Assembly (NCBI GenBank): GCA_017853415.1
Contig: JAFMJQ010000001.1
Location: 12,924 to 76,923, forward strand
DNA length: 64,000 nucleotides
Reading direction: 5' to 3'
DNA from: Thermoleophilia bacterium
GTDB taxonomy: Bacteria > Actinomycetota > Thermoleophilia > Miltoncostaeales > Miltoncostaeaceae
In this document: positions 17,243-26,884 of the stretch, in pieces
Position numbering within the stretch: the first letter of the stretch is position 1
Layout: every line of letters starts with the position of its first letter
Notes under the pieces: generated by a model
Told to the model about the DNA's origin: nothing
What the model saw: only the letters and a program-made list of their open reading frames with translations
Database searches by the model: none
Made by a program: the position numbers and the translations under genes

Positions 17243-18531
17243 CGCGGCGCCTCGCCGCTCCCGACCACCGCGATGAGCACCGGCGGCGCGGTGACCTCGG
17301 GCATCTCGGCCAGGCGCCCGATGGCCTCGGCCACCTGCCCCTCGGGGCTGCGGTGCAGGATCATCACCAGGCGGGCGCTGTCGCCCTCGCCGCGCTGCAG
17401 CACCGTGAGGATCGACACCCCGCTCTCGCCCAGCACCGACGACACCCGGGCCAGCACGCCGGGCTCGTCGGCCACCTCGAGGCGCAGGTAGAACGCGCTC
17501 TCGAGGGCGTCGTCACCCGCCATGGGGCGACCGGCGTCGGCCAGCGCGCCGCCCAGGAACGACCCGGGCCTGCTGCCGAGTATCGACAGCACGTCGCTCA
17601 CCACGGCCGAGGCGGTCTCGGTGCCGCCGGCGCCCGGGCCCACCAGCATGATCTGCCGCACCATGCTGCTCTCGAGCAGCACCGCGTTGTCGGCGCCATC
17701 GATGGCCGCCAGGGGGTGGTCGCCGGGCACGAGCGCCGGGTGCACGCGCACCGACACCGCGCCGTCCACCAGGCGGGCCACGCCCAGAAGCTTCATCACG
17801 AAGCCCAGCTCGGCGGCGATGTCGACATCCTCCGACTGCAGGTCGTCGATGCCCGAGTAGGGCACATCATCGATGAGCACCCGCGTGTGGAAGGCGATCG
17901 AGCAGAGGATCGCCATCTTGGCCGCGGCGTCGGCCCCGCCGACGTCCTCGGTGGGGTCGGCCTCGGCGTATCCCAGCGCCTGCGCCTGCGCGAGGGCGTC
18001 GGAGTAGGACATCCCGCTCTTGCGCATCTCGCTGAGGATGTAGTTGGTGGTGCCGTTGACGATGCCCATGACCGAGTCGATCTCGGCGGCCAGCAGGCTC
18101 TCGCGCAGAACCTTGATCACGGGGATTGCCGCGCACACCGAGGCCTCGAACCGCAGCTCGCTGCCGCCCTCCTCGGCGGCGGCCAGCAGATCGGGGCCAT
18201 GGCGGGCGAGCAGCTGCTTGTTGGCGGTCACCACCGACGTGCCGTGGCCGAGCGCGCGCAGCAGCCAGTCGTGCGTGGGCTCCACCCCGCCCATCACCTC
18301 GATGATGATGTCGATGGCGTCGTCGCCGAGGATGTCCTCGGGGTCGGTGGTGAGCACCGAGGGGTCCACGCCCGGGCGATCGGCCTGCAGGTCGCGCACC
18401 AGCACCTTCACCACCTCGATGCGGTGGCCGGTGGCGCGCTCGATCGTGCCGGCGGTCTCGTGGAGGATGCGCAGCACCCCCTGCCCCACCGTGCCGCAGC
18501 CCAGCATGCCGATGCGGATGACGTCGCTCAC
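17239..18531 (-). CDS. hom: Homoserine dehydrogenase
   Basis: Within ORF 17239..18678, GTG at 18531 (GTGA overlap with lysA). [30 protein letters not shown], and a C-terminal ACT-like segment. Confidence 0.9.
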   Translation of the reverse strand: MSDVIRIGMLGCGTVGQGVLRILHETAGTIERATGHRIEVVKVLVRDLQADRPGVDPSVLTTDPEDILGDDAIDIIIEVMGGVEPTHDWLLRALGHGTSVVTANKQLLARHGPDLLAAAEEGGSELRFEASVCAAIPVIKVLRESLLAAEIDSVMGIVNGTTNYILSEMRKSGMSYSDALAQAQALGYAEADPTEDVGGADAAAKMAILCSIAFHTRVLIDDVPYSGIDDLQSEDVDIAAELGFVMKLLGVARLVDGAVSVRVHPALVPGDHPLAAIDGADNAVLLESSMVRQIMLVGPGAGGTETASAVVSDVLSILGSRPGSFLGGALADAGRPMAGDDALESAFYLRLEVADEPGVLARVSSVLGESGVSILTVLQRGEGDSARLVMILHRSPEGQVAEAIGRLAEMPEVTAPPVLIAVVGSGEAPR

Positions 18532-19829
18532 AGGTCCCTCGCCACCAGTTCGGCGTAGGTCTCCCGACGCACCGCCAGGGTGGCCTCGCCGGCATCGACG
18601 AACACCACGGCCGGGCGCGTGACGCCGTTGTAGTTGCTGGCCATGGCCACACCGTAGGCGCCCGTGGCGGGAAGGCACACCAGGTCGCCCGGGCCGACGG
18701 GCGGAAGATCGGCCTCCTGGATGAGCACGTCACCGCTCTCGCAGTGCTTGCCCACCAGGCGCATCACCTCGGTGGCCTCGGCCTCGGGGCGCTCGGGGAG
18801 CAGGGCCTCGTAGACGGCGCCGTAGAGCATGGGGCGCATGAGGTCGCTCATGCCGCCGTCCACGGCCGCGTAGCGGCGCACGCCCGGGATGTCCTTGGTG
18901 CCGGTCACCCGGTACACCGTGACGCCCGCGCGGCCCACGATGCTGCGGCCGGGCTCCACCATCACGCGCGGGCGCTGCAGGCCGGCGGCGTCCCACTCCT
19001 CGGCCACCGAGTCCATCACCATGTCGGCGAAGGCCTCCACCGAGGGCGGCTCGTCCCCGCGGGTGTAGGCGATGCCCAGCCCCCCGCCCATGTCCATGAT
19101 CCCCAGGTCGTCCGCGCCCTGCTCCTTCACGAATGCCGCAAGCAGCTGGGCGGCCAGGCGGTAGGCGCCGATCTCGAAGATCTGCGATCCGATGTGGCAG
19201 TGAAGGCCCATCAGGTTCACGTTGTCGGCCGCGCGGCAGGCGGCCACGGCGGCGGCGGCCAGGCCGCCCTCCAGCGAGAACCCGAACTTGCTGTCGATCT
19301 GCCCGGTGGAGATGTACTGGTGCGTCGAGGGCTTGACGCCCGGGGTCACGCGCACGAGGACGTCCTGCACGCGCCCGCGCTCGCCGGCCAGGCGGTCGAG
19401 CAGGGCGATCTCGTCGAGGCCGTCCACCACCACGATCCCCACCATGGCGTCGAGCGCCTCGCCCAGCTCGCGGGCGTCCTTGGCGTTGCCGTGCATCACG
19501 ATCTTCTCGGCCGGGAAACCCGCGTGCAGCGCCATGAACAGCTCGCCGCCCGAGGCCACGTCCACGCGAAGGTCCTCCTCGTGCGCCATGCGCAGCAGGG
19601 CCTGGGCCCAGAACGCCTTGCTGGCGTAGATCACCTCGGCGCGCGCGTCATGCGCACGGAAGGCCTGCACGTATCGGCGCATGGTGTCGCGCAGGAGCCC
19701 TCCGTCGTAGATGACGAGCGGGGTCCCGTACTCCTCGGCGAGCGCGACCACATCGCACCCGCCGATCGAGAGATGGCCCTCCGGCGTCGTGCTGGCCGAC
19801 GGCGGAAGCACCTGTGAAAGCGGCTGCAT
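18528..19829 (-). CDS. lysA: Diaminopimelate decarboxylase
   Basis: ORF 18528..19829. YASKAF (PLP-Lys), HCHIGSQ, MDMGGGLGI, EPGRSIV and CESGD, the group IV decarboxylase pattern. Confidence 0.9.
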   Translation of the reverse strand: MQPLSQVLPPSASTTPEGHLSIGGCDVVALAEEYGTPLVIYDGGLLRDTMRRYVQAFRAHDARAEVIYASKAFWAQALLRMAHEEDLRVDVASGGELFMALHAGFPAEKIVMHGNAKDARELGEALDAMVGIVVVDGLDEIALLDRLAGERGRVQDVLVRVTPGVKPSTHQYISTGQIDSKFGFSLEGGLAAAAVAACRAADNVNLMGLHCHIGSQIFEIGAYRLAAQLLAAFVKEQGADDLGIMDMGGGLGIAYTRGDEPPSVEAFADMVMDSVAEEWDAAGLQRPRVMVEPGRSIVGRAGVTVYRVTGTKDIPGVRRYAAVDGGMSDLMRPMLYGAVYEALLPERPEAEATEVMRLVGKHCESGDVLIQEADLPPVGPGDLVCLPATGAYGVAMASNYNGVTRPAVVFVDAGEATLAVRRETYAELVARDL

Positions 19830-19870
19830 AAGCCGGGGGACAGTAGCAACGCGGGGTAGGCTCGCGCGCC

Positions 19871-20563
19871 ATGGCCACGGCCCCCGAGCACGTGATGATC
19901 ACCTCCCGCGACGGGCTGCCCCTGAGCGCCCTGCTGCTCGCCCCGCACCCGGGCGACGACCGGGCCCCGGCCCCGGGGGTGGTGGTGCTGCACGGGTACG
20001 GATCGCGCAAGGAGAACCACCTCGACTTCGCCGAGCGCATCGCGGGTGCCGGCATGTGGGCCGTGGTCCCCGACCTGCGCGGCCATGGGGAGACCGGCGG
20101 TGACATGGACGAGGGGATGATCGGCGACGTCCTCGCGTGCCTCGACCACCTGCAGGCGCGGGGTGCAGGTGCGCTCGGGCTTCGCGGGTCGTCGATGGGC
20201 GGGTTCCTCTCGCTGGTGGCGGCCCCCATGCACCCGCAGGTGCGGGCGCTGGTGGCCGTCTGCCCCGCGCGCCCGGCACCGCTGGCCACGAGGGTGGGGC
20301 ACCAATGGCCGCGTGGGCACTCGCTCGAGCACGCGGCCTGGCGGGGTGACGGCGTGGCCCGCGGCTTCTGGCACGCGCGCGGCGATGAGGTGGTGCCGTG
20401 GGGCAGCACGTTCATGCTCCACACCCGTGCACCGCAGCCCAAGCACCTGCGCATCACGATGGGCGGCCACCACCGATCGCTGCAGCACGACCCGCTGGTG
20501 CAGGCCGACAGCGTGGCCTTCCTGGCATGCCACCTGGGCGCGGGGGCCCGCAGCCCGCGATGA
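19871..20563 (+). CDS. Alpha/beta hydrolase (dienelactone-hydrolase-like)
   Basis: ORF 19871..20563. VVVLHGYGSRKENH and nucleophile elbow GSSMGG; probable His near GGHHRS. Confidence 0.7.
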   Translation: MATAPEHVMITSRDGLPLSALLLAPHPGDDRAPAPGVVVLHGYGSRKENHLDFAERIAGAGMWAVVPDLRGHGETGGDMDEGMIGDVLACLDHLQARGAGALGLRGSSMGGFLSLVAAPMHPQVRALVAVCPARPAPLATRVGHQWPRGHSLEHAAWRGDGVARGFWHARGDEVVPWGSTFMLHTRAPQPKHLRITMGGHHRSLQHDPLVQADSVAFLACHLGAGARSPR

Positions 20564-20630
20564 CACCCAGCACTGCCACAGGCGCCTGCGGGTTCGCCGT
20601 GCGGGCACTGCGTTCCACCTGCGGGGCGCC

Positions 20631-21320
20631 GTGACCGGGTCACGCGCTCTACGGGCGCTCGACCGTGAGGTGGCCGACTGCACCGCCTGCCCGCGGCTGG
20701 TGGCGTGGCGCACCGCCGTGGGCGAGGATCCTCCCGCGCGCTACCGGGGGCAGCACTACTGGTCGCGCGGTGTACCCGGCTTCGGCGACGACGACCCATG
20801 GCTCTTCATCGTGGGGCTCGCGCCCGCCGCCCACGGGGCAAACCGGACCGGGCGGATGTTCACGGGAGATCGCAGCGCCGACTTCCTGGTGGCCGCGCTG
20901 CACCGGGCGGGCCTGGCCAACCAGGCCGAGTCGGTGTCACGCGACGACGGCCTGCAGCTGATCGGCTGCCGCATGAGCGCCGTGGTGCGCTGCGCGCCGC
21001 CCGACAACAAGCCCAGCACGTCCGAGCGCGACACCTGCATGCCGTTCCTCGCGAGGGAGCTCGACCTCTGCCCGAGGTCGAGGGTGGTGCTGTGCCTCGG
21101 GGGCTTCGCGTGGGACGGCGTGCTGCGGGTGCTCGCCGCGCGCGGCGAGGCGATCCCCCGCCCCAAGCCACGCTTCGCCCACGGCGCCGAGTCGGTGGTG
21201 GGCCACCTCACGCTGCTCGGCACCTACCACCCGAGCCAGCAGAACACCTTCACGGGGCGGCTCACGCCCGACATGCTCGACGCCGTGCTCGCCCGGGCTC
21301 GCCAGATCGCCGCCCCCTGA
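20631..21320 (+). CDS. Uracil-DNA glycosylase, family 5 (UdgB-like), Fe-S type
   Basis: In-frame GTG at 20631 of ORF 20163..21320. CTACPRL, FIVGLAPAAHGANRTGRMFTGD (GLAPA motif A of family 5), GTYHPSQQN (motif B). The start is uncertain. Confidence 0.75.
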   Translation: MTGSRALRALDREVADCTACPRLVAWRTAVGEDPPARYRGQHYWSRGVPGFGDDDPWLFIVGLAPAAHGANRTGRMFTGDRSADFLVAALHRAGLANQAESVSRDDGLQLIGCRMSAVVRCAPPDNKPSTSERDTCMPFLARELDLCPRSRVVLCLGGFAWDGVLRVLAARGEAIPRPKPRFAHGAESVVGHLTLLGTYHPSQQNTFTGRLTPDMLDAVLARARQIAAP

Positions 21321-21327
21321 ACGCGCC

Positions 21328-21361
21328 GAGGGCCCGGGCGGAATGGTCCGACCGGGCCCTC
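21328..21361 (+). terminator. Hairpin after the UDG gene (intrinsic-terminator-like, no U tract)
   Basis: GAGGGCCCGG (21328-21337) pairs perfectly with CCGGGCCCTC (21352-21361). The inner CGGA/TCCG pairs extend the stem. Starts 8 nt after the stop. Confidence 0.4.
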
Positions 21362-21566
21362 GAGGACGGTGAGCGGCAGTGGAGTCGCCAGGGAGCGGGT
21401 TGCTCGTTCCCCCGGCTGCAGCTGCTCATCAGGGGAGTCGCCCCCTAGCTGCCGCCACCTACGCACATATGGTCTGAAGGAATTTGGACCACCTCCTTTC
21501 CGCGATGGGCCGATGATAGGTCGGCGGCCCGGACGGACAGGCGCCCATCGGTGCACGAACGGTTAA

Positions 21567-21589
21567 GTGCCCGGCACCCGGGCGGGCAC
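21567..21589 (-). terminator. Hairpin downstream of argD (minus strand)
   Basis: GTGCCCG (21567-21573) pairs with CGGGCAC (21583-21589), just past the argD stop at 21595-21597. No U tract. Confidence 0.35.
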
Positions 21590-21594
21590 GGCGG

Positions 21595-22770
21595 TCAGGC
21601 GGCCAGCACGTCCCTCAGCGCTGCCAGCACCGTGGAGAGCTCGTCACCCGTCACCACGAGTGGCGGCAGGAACCTCACGGTGCGCGCGCTGGTGTTGTTC
21701 ACCAGGAAGCCCCGCTCGAGCATGTCGCCCACCACCTGCGCCCCGCGGTCGTCGGGCAGGTCGATGGCGCACATGAGGCCGCGCCCGCGGGCCTCGGTGG
21801 CCAGGCCGTCGTCCACGAGCCCCTGCAGGCCGGCGAGGAAGCACGCGCCCTCCTTGCGCACGTGGTCCTGCAGGGAGGGGTCCTGCAGCACATGCGCGGC
21901 GGCCAGCGCCGACGCGCACGCCAGCGGGCTGCCGGCGAAGGTGCTGCCGTGGTCGCCCGGCTGGAAGGTGTCGTCCACTCCCGGGCGGGCGGTCACCGCG
22001 CCGATCGGGAACCCGCCCCCGAGGCTCTTGGCCAGGCACATGACGTCGGGCGTGATGCCGACATCCTGATAGGCGTAGAGCGGCCCCGTTCGGCTCATGC
22101 CGGTCTGGATCTCGTCGACGATCAGCAGGGCGCCCGACTCGTCGGCCAGCCGGCGGGCCAGCCGCACGAAGTCGTCGTCGAGCGGGTACACGCCGCACTC
22201 GCCCTGCACGATCTCGATGGCGATCGCGCACGTGCGCTCGCTCACCGCGGCCCGCAGGGCGTCCTGGTCGTTGCGCGGCACGTACCGCGCTCCCGGCATG
22301 AGCGGCCGGAAGGCCTCCTGCTTGCCCGGCTGGCCGGTGAGCGCCAGCGCGCCCATGGTGCGGCCGTGGAAGCCGTCCTCCAGCGACACGAACTCCGTGC
22401 GCTCGGGGCCGCCGTGCTTCCTCGCCAGCTTGATCGCGGCCTCCGACGCCTCGGCGCCCGAGTTGCAGAAGAACACCCGCCCGCCCATCGAGGTGTCGCG
22501 AATCCACTCCGCGAGCTCGATCATCGGGTCGGTGTAATAGAGGTTCGAGGTGTTGATGAGCACGCCGGCCTGGTCGCGGATGGCCGCCACCACATGCGGG
22601 TGGCAGTGCCCGGCATTGATCATCGAGATGCCCGACATGCAGTCGAGGTAGCCGCGCCCCTCGGGGTCGAACAGCCACGCCCCCTCGCCGCGCACGAACT
22701 CCACCGGGTAGCGGCCGTAGTTGCGCATGAGCGCCGCCTGCTCGCGCGCGATGGTCTCCTCGCGAATCAC
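21595..22770 (-). CDS. argD: Acetylornithine aminotransferase
   Basis: ORF 21595..22770. Class III aminotransferase pattern: FCNSGAEA, DEIQTG, LAKSLGGGFPIGA (PLP-Lys), HGSTFAGSPLA. Confidence 0.9.
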   Translation of the reverse strand: MIREETIAREQAALMRNYGRYPVEFVRGEGAWLFDPEGRGYLDCMSGISMINAGHCHPHVVAAIRDQAGVLINTSNLYYTDPMIELAEWIRDTSMGGRVFFCNSGAEASEAAIKLARKHGGPERTEFVSLEDGFHGRTMGALALTGQPGKQEAFRPLMPGARYVPRNDQDALRAAVSERTCAIAIEIVQGECGVYPLDDDFVRLARRLADESGALLIVDEIQTGMSRTGPLYAYQDVGITPDVMCLAKSLGGGFPIGAVTARPGVDDTFQPGDHGSTFAGSPLACASALAAAHVLQDPSLQDHVRKEGACFLAGLQGLVDDGLATEARGRGLMCAIDLPDDRGAQVVGDMLERGFLVNNTSARTVRFLPPLVVTGDELSTVLAALRDVLAA

Positions 22771-22774
22771 CGCG

Positions 22775-23665
22775 CTACTCCGCGGTGACCATCGTCCCGA
22801 GGCCCTGCTCGGTGAACAGCTCCATGATCACCGAGTGGGGCACGCGGCCGTCCACCACCTGCGCGGCCTCCACCCCGCCGCGTATCGCCGTGCGCACGGC
22901 CTGCAGCTTGGGAATCATCCCCGCGTCCACGGTGCCGGTGGCCATGAGCGCCTCGATGTCCGGCAGCGAGCACTTGGCGATGAGCGAGTCCTTGTCGTCG
23001 AAGTCGTGGTACACGCCCTCGACGTCGGTGAGGAAGATCACCCGCCGGGCACGCAGCGCCGCGGCAAGGGCCCCGGCCACCGTGTCGGCGTTGATGTTGT
23101 AGCTCTGGCCGGCATCGTCCACGCCCACCGACGCCACCACCGGCACGAAGTCCTCGAGGGTCTCGAGGATCTCCGGGTGGATGCGCTCCACCTCGCCCAC
23201 GAACCCCAGGTCGCCGCTCTCGGACGTCGCCTTCATCGCGCGGATGAGCGCGCCGTCGTCACCCGAGAGCCCCACGGCCTTGGCCCCGGCCACGTGCAGC
23301 TGGGCCACGATCTCCTTGTTGATCTTCCCGATGAGCACCATCTTCACCAGCTCCATGGTGGCCTCGTCGGTCACGCGCAGGCCGTCCACGAAGTTGACGT
23401 CGAGGCCGAGGCGATCGGAGTAGGCCGAGATGTCCGGGCCGCCACCGTGCACCACCACCGGGTTCATCCCCACGAACTTCAGCAGCGCGATGTCACGCGC
23501 GAACGACGCCTTGAGCTCGGGGTTGGTCATCGCCGCCCCGCCGTACTTCACCACCACGGTGGATCCGGCGAACTGCCGGATGTACGGCAGCGCCTCGAGC
23601 AGCACGGCAGCGCGTGCCTGCACGTCGGCCCGGTCGGGCAGGTTTCTGCGACTCGTCTCGCCCAT
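22775..23665 (-). CDS. argB: Acetylglutamate kinase
   Basis: ORF 22775..23665. VVVKYGGAAM, VVVHGGGP, INADTVAG, LTDVEGV. Confidence 0.9.
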   Translation of the reverse strand: MGETSRRNLPDRADVQARAAVLLEALPYIRQFAGSTVVVKYGGAAMTNPELKASFARDIALLKFVGMNPVVVHGGGPDISAYSDRLGLDVNFVDGLRVTDEATMELVKMVLIGKINKEIVAQLHVAGAKAVGLSGDDGALIRAMKATSESGDLGFVGEVERIHPEILETLEDFVPVVASVGVDDAGQSYNINADTVAGALAAALRARRVIFLTDVEGVYHDFDDKDSLIAKCSLPDIEALMATGTVDAGMIPKLQAVRTAIRGGVEAAQVVDGRVPHSVIMELFTEQGLGTMVTAE

Positions 23666-23749
23666 GGGAGCGGCACCGTATCAGCCACCCCGCGCCGATC
23701 CCCTGCTCGCAGCGGCATTTCGCAACGCGCCACACACGGCCGGCGCGCC

Positions 23750-25045
23750 TCAGCCCTGCCCCAGCACCTCGGCGAGGGTGAGCGACTGGCTGAACACCGG
23801 CCTGGCCTTCGGGTTCACCGCCGGCCACGATGGCGCGCGGTACACCGCGATGCGCGCCGACTGGGCGCAGTCCCCGGTGGACGTGCATGTGAGGGTGCCG
23901 GACAGGCCCCGATAGCCCTGCACGTCGAGCAGCGCCCGGCGCACCTGGGCGCGGTCGATGAGCAGCGCGCCACCGGGCAGGCGCACCGAGGCCCGGCGGA
24001 TTGCCCCGAACAGCAGGTTCACGGCATCGAACGCCGGTGCGTGGAACACGCTCGGCGGTACCTCGCCGTACGCACGGCGGTACGCGGGCAGGTAGGCATC
24101 GCGGTAGAAGGCGTCCTGGCGCAGGTCAGATGCATCGGGACCCGAGGTGTACACGCCGTTGGCGGCCCGCCCGAGCGTGCGCGGGAGGATCGGCGACTGG
24201 CAGGCCTCCGACACGATGATCCTCGTGCGAGCCAGGGCGGGCGTCGCCTTGATGGCCGACACCGCGCGCGAGCACGCGGGCTCGAACAACGGCAGGAACG
24301 CCACCTGCGGGGGGTTGGCGGCGAGGGCCGCAACGGCCGCGGCCGGCGAGCCCTCCAGGGTCATCGACGCCCGCGTGGTCACACGGCCCTGTGCGCCCCA
24401 GAAGGCCTTGGCGAACGCGTCGCCCAGCACCTTCGAGTAGGCATCGGGCACCGAGATGACACCCGCGGTGCGTGCGCCGAGCTCATTTCGGGCGAATCGC
24501 GCCACCACCGCGCCCTGGATGAGGTCGTTGAACGTGGTGCGGAAGTAGAAGCGCTCGTGCAGGGCCGGATCCGTGAGCTTGGGCGAGGTGTTGCTCGGGG
24601 AGATCATCAGCACCGATCGGCGGCTGAGCTCGGTGGCCGCGGCATCCGCGGCCGCCGCCGAGCACGTGGTGCCGATCACGGCCACCAGGTCCGGCTCGAG
24701 CAGAAGTCGCTTGGCCCCGGCGATGCCCCCCTTGGGGGTGCAGTCCTCGGCCTCCGCGAGCACTGCGACCGGATGCCCCAGCAACTCGCCATCGATGCCG
24801 TCGAAGGCGCCGTCGAGGTAGTCCACCGCCATGGCGACGCTGCGCTTGGCGTCGATTCCCGAGGGGTCGGTCTCGAGCAACAGCGTGCCGAAGTAGATCG
24901 GGCGGCCCACCCCCACGAGCACGCAGGCGTCCTTCGATCGCGCGCACTCCTGCTGCGCGGCCCGCTCGGCCGAGGGCGTGCCGCATCCCGCAAGCGCGAT
25001 GGCGGCCACAGCGGCGGCAAGCGCCGTGCCGATGCGCCCGATCAC
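23750..25045 (-). CDS. LivK/LivJ-like (Peripla_BP_6) solute-binding lipoprotein, orphan
   Basis: ORF 23750..25045. Lipobox IALAGCG. VIGTTCSAAA, ISPSNTSPKLT and FRTTFND match the branched-chain amino-acid/amide-binding SBP pattern. No permease or ATPase nearby. Confidence 0.7.
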   Translation of the reverse strand: MIGRIGTALAAAVAAIALAGCGTPSAERAAQQECARSKDACVLVGVGRPIYFGTLLLETDPSGIDAKRSVAMAVDYLDGAFDGIDGELLGHPVAVLAEAEDCTPKGGIAGAKRLLLEPDLVAVIGTTCSAAAADAAATELSRRSVLMISPSNTSPKLTDPALHERFYFRTTFNDLIQGAVVARFARNELGARTAGVISVPDAYSKVLGDAFAKAFWGAQGRVTTRASMTLEGSPAAAVAALAANPPQVAFLPLFEPACSRAVSAIKATPALARTRIIVSEACQSPILPRTLGRAANGVYTSGPDASDLRQDAFYRDAYLPAYRRAYGEVPPSVFHAPAFDAVNLLFGAIRRASVRLPGGALLIDRAQVRRALLDVQGYRGLSGTLTCTSTGDCAQSARIAVYRAPSWPAVNPKARPVFSQSLTLAEVLGQG

Positions 25046-25854
25046 CTGATCGTCACCCAGTCGAGGTACTGGCCGGATGTCAGTTCATCCACCAGCTGGC
25101 TTATTGGCTCCACGTCCACCACGAACGGCCCGCGGAATGGCGCGCTGATCGCGAGGATCGCCGCCAGGTCGAGGGCCACCACGAGGATGATGCCGAGCGC
25201 CACCAGGCTGTAGCGCGGTCCGGCGCGTGCCGCCACCAGCAGGGCGTTGGCCACCAGGGCCACGCCGGCGATGATCGACAGTGCGAAGAGGGCGATGGGG
25301 AGCTCCTGCGCGGCGATCACCACGCGCTGCCGTCGTGCCGCCGTCACCCCCTCGATCGCGCCCGCGATGGACGACGCCTCGGAATCCTTGAGGTACGCAC
25401 GGGTGGCGAGGGTGGACACCGTGCGCTCGAGCGCGCGCAGGCTGTCGGTGGCCGGCGACTTGGTGGCGGAGTCCTGCGCGAGGGCCTGCCACTCGCCCAC
25501 CTGCACGTCGCGCAGGTACGCCGCGAGGGCGTCCTGCAGCACCTCGGCATCGGCCGACGGCAGGCTGGCGCTCGCATAGGCAAGACGGCTGGCGCTCGAG
25601 ACCTCCTGCCCCACGATGCGCTGCGTGTCGCGCAGCGTGCCGTACTCGGAGTTGATGAGGAACCCGGTGAGGATCGCGAACAGGCTGCCGAGCGCCGTCA
25701 TGTAGGCGGCGGCGGTCATTCCCGCCTTGTCGCGCTCCCTGTCCCCGAGCAGGCGCGAGAACGCCAGCGCCATGGCCCCGCTCACCAACAGCGTGAGCAC
25801 CAGCATGAGCAGCACGAGCGCCCAGGAGTCGAGCGATGTCAAGAGGCCCATCAC
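25042..25854 (-). CDS. DUF4239-like membrane protein
   Basis: ORF 25042..25854. Two N-terminal and two C-terminal TM segments flank a helical region. The C-terminal AISAPFRGPF resembles the DUF4239 'D.D.PF.G' ending. 4-nt overlaps on both sides. Confidence 0.5.
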   Translation of the reverse strand: MMGLLTSLDSWALVLLMLVLTLLVSGAMALAFSRLLGDRERDKAGMTAAAYMTALGSLFAILTGFLINSEYGTLRDTQRIVGQEVSSASRLAYASASLPSADAEVLQDALAAYLRDVQVGEWQALAQDSATKSPATDSLRALERTVSTLATRAYLKDSEASSIAGAIEGVTAARRQRVVIAAQELPIALFALSIIAGVALVANALLVAARAGPRYSLVALGIILVVALDLAAILAISAPFRGPFVVDVEPISQLVDELTSGQYLDWVTIR

Positions 25855-26867
25855 GTGCCCGTGACGTCGCCATCGGATACCGCCGCATCCCAGGCATTCA
25901 CGGTGGCCTGGGCGGCCGCGGGATCGAGGTAGAGCACGTTTCCGCCCTCGCCCGCCTGCGCCCCGCCGCGGAGCATGGCGTCGGTGAAGGCGCGCACCGT
26001 GGCGCTCTCACGCGCCGCCGCCGGATCGACGTAGAGGTACAGCGGCCTCGACAGCGGGTACGAGCCATCGCGGATCGACTCACCCGTGGGCGCCACGCAC
26101 CCGTCATCGCCCGTGATGGAGATCGTCCGCACCGACGCACCCCAGGGCTCGACCGTGGCGAACCCGGCGAAGGCCAGCGCGGCAGGCACCTTGAGCACCT
26201 CGCCGAGCATCACCTGGTCGCTGGGCACGCTGGCGGCATCGGGGCGCAGGCCGGGTTCGGTCGATCGGCGCGTGGCGATGGGCCCGATCACCGACTCCTC
26301 CACCAGCTTGCGCGTGCCCGACCCCTCTCCGGGCGCCACCACCAGCAGCGGCGCCGCCGGCAGCTTCGCGCTGCCGCCCACGGCCGACGCCACCGCGCGG
26401 GCGTCCGACCATCTGCGCAGGCCCGGGGCCTCCGGGCCTGCAAGCGCGTAGATGTCACCGGGCGACAAGCAGGCGGGTGCCGGGCTGCCCTTGCGCGTGA
26501 AGAACACCAGGGCGTCCCGCGCCACCTGCAGTCGCACGGGCGTGATGCCCGATGCGGCGCAGGACTTCTTCTCGCGGTCGGACATCTCGCGGCTCGCGCC
26601 CGCGATCGCCGCGGTGCCGTCGCAGAGCGCGGCGATGCCCTCGCCGGTGCCGGTCATCTCGAGGTTGATGCGCGCAAGCGGGTGGGCCGCGGCGAACGTA
26701 CCGGCCACGGACGACGCCATCGGCAGCAGCGTGGACGACCCGGCCACGTCCACCGATCCGCTCACGTCGTCGCCACCGCACCCGGCCAGCAGGGCAGCCC
26801 CGGCCAGCGCGGCCGCTGCGATCACGGCGCCGCGGGGGCGGAGGGTGCGTCGGGGGCTCGCCAGCAT
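25851..26867 (-). CDS. PstS-family (PBP_like_2) substrate-binding lipoprotein, orphan
   Basis: ORF 25851..26867. Lipobox LLAGCGG. VAGSSTLLPM, TGTGEGI, GASREM, YPLSRPLYLYV. No pstCAB nearby. Confidence 0.7.
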   Translation of the reverse strand: MLASPRRTLRPRGAVIAAAALAGAALLAGCGGDDVSGSVDVAGSSTLLPMASSVAGTFAAAHPLARINLEMTGTGEGIAALCDGTAAIAGASREMSDREKKSCAASGITPVRLQVARDALVFFTRKGSPAPACLSPGDIYALAGPEAPGLRRWSDARAVASAVGGSAKLPAAPLLVVAPGEGSGTRKLVEESVIGPIATRRSTEPGLRPDAASVPSDQVMLGEVLKVPAALAFAGFATVEPWGASVRTISITGDDGCVAPTGESIRDGSYPLSRPLYLYVDPAAARESATVRAFTDAMLRGGAQAGEGGNVLYLDPAAAQATVNAWDAAVSDGDVTGT

Positions 26868-26884
26868 GCCCCGATGTTACGCAG

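Noticed and set aside
21425-21432. CTGATGAG on the minus strand (the hammerhead ribozyme core box) inside the argD/UDG intergenic region.
   Set aside because: The flanking GGCGACTCC sequences are direct rather than inverted repeats, so no stem I/III can form. There is no properly placed CGAAA box after a stem II. Probably chance.
21486-21501. 16S rRNA 3'-end-like sequence GGACCACCTCCTTTCC as evidence of an rRNA gene or fragment.
   Set aside because: Only about 16 nt resemble 16S. The upstream sequence does not continue into the conserved GTAACAAGGTAGCCGTA..GGAAGGTGCGGCTGGA region. It is kept only as part of the candidate sRNA finding.
21224-21566. ORFs 21224..21556 (-) 110 aa and 21369..21566 (+) 65 aa as protein genes filling the convergent gap.
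   Set aside because: The translations are Arg/Pro/Gly-rich with no motif. They span the terminator-like hairpins, have no SD-start arrangement, and overlap the end of the UDG gene. An RNA or non-coding interpretation is preferred.
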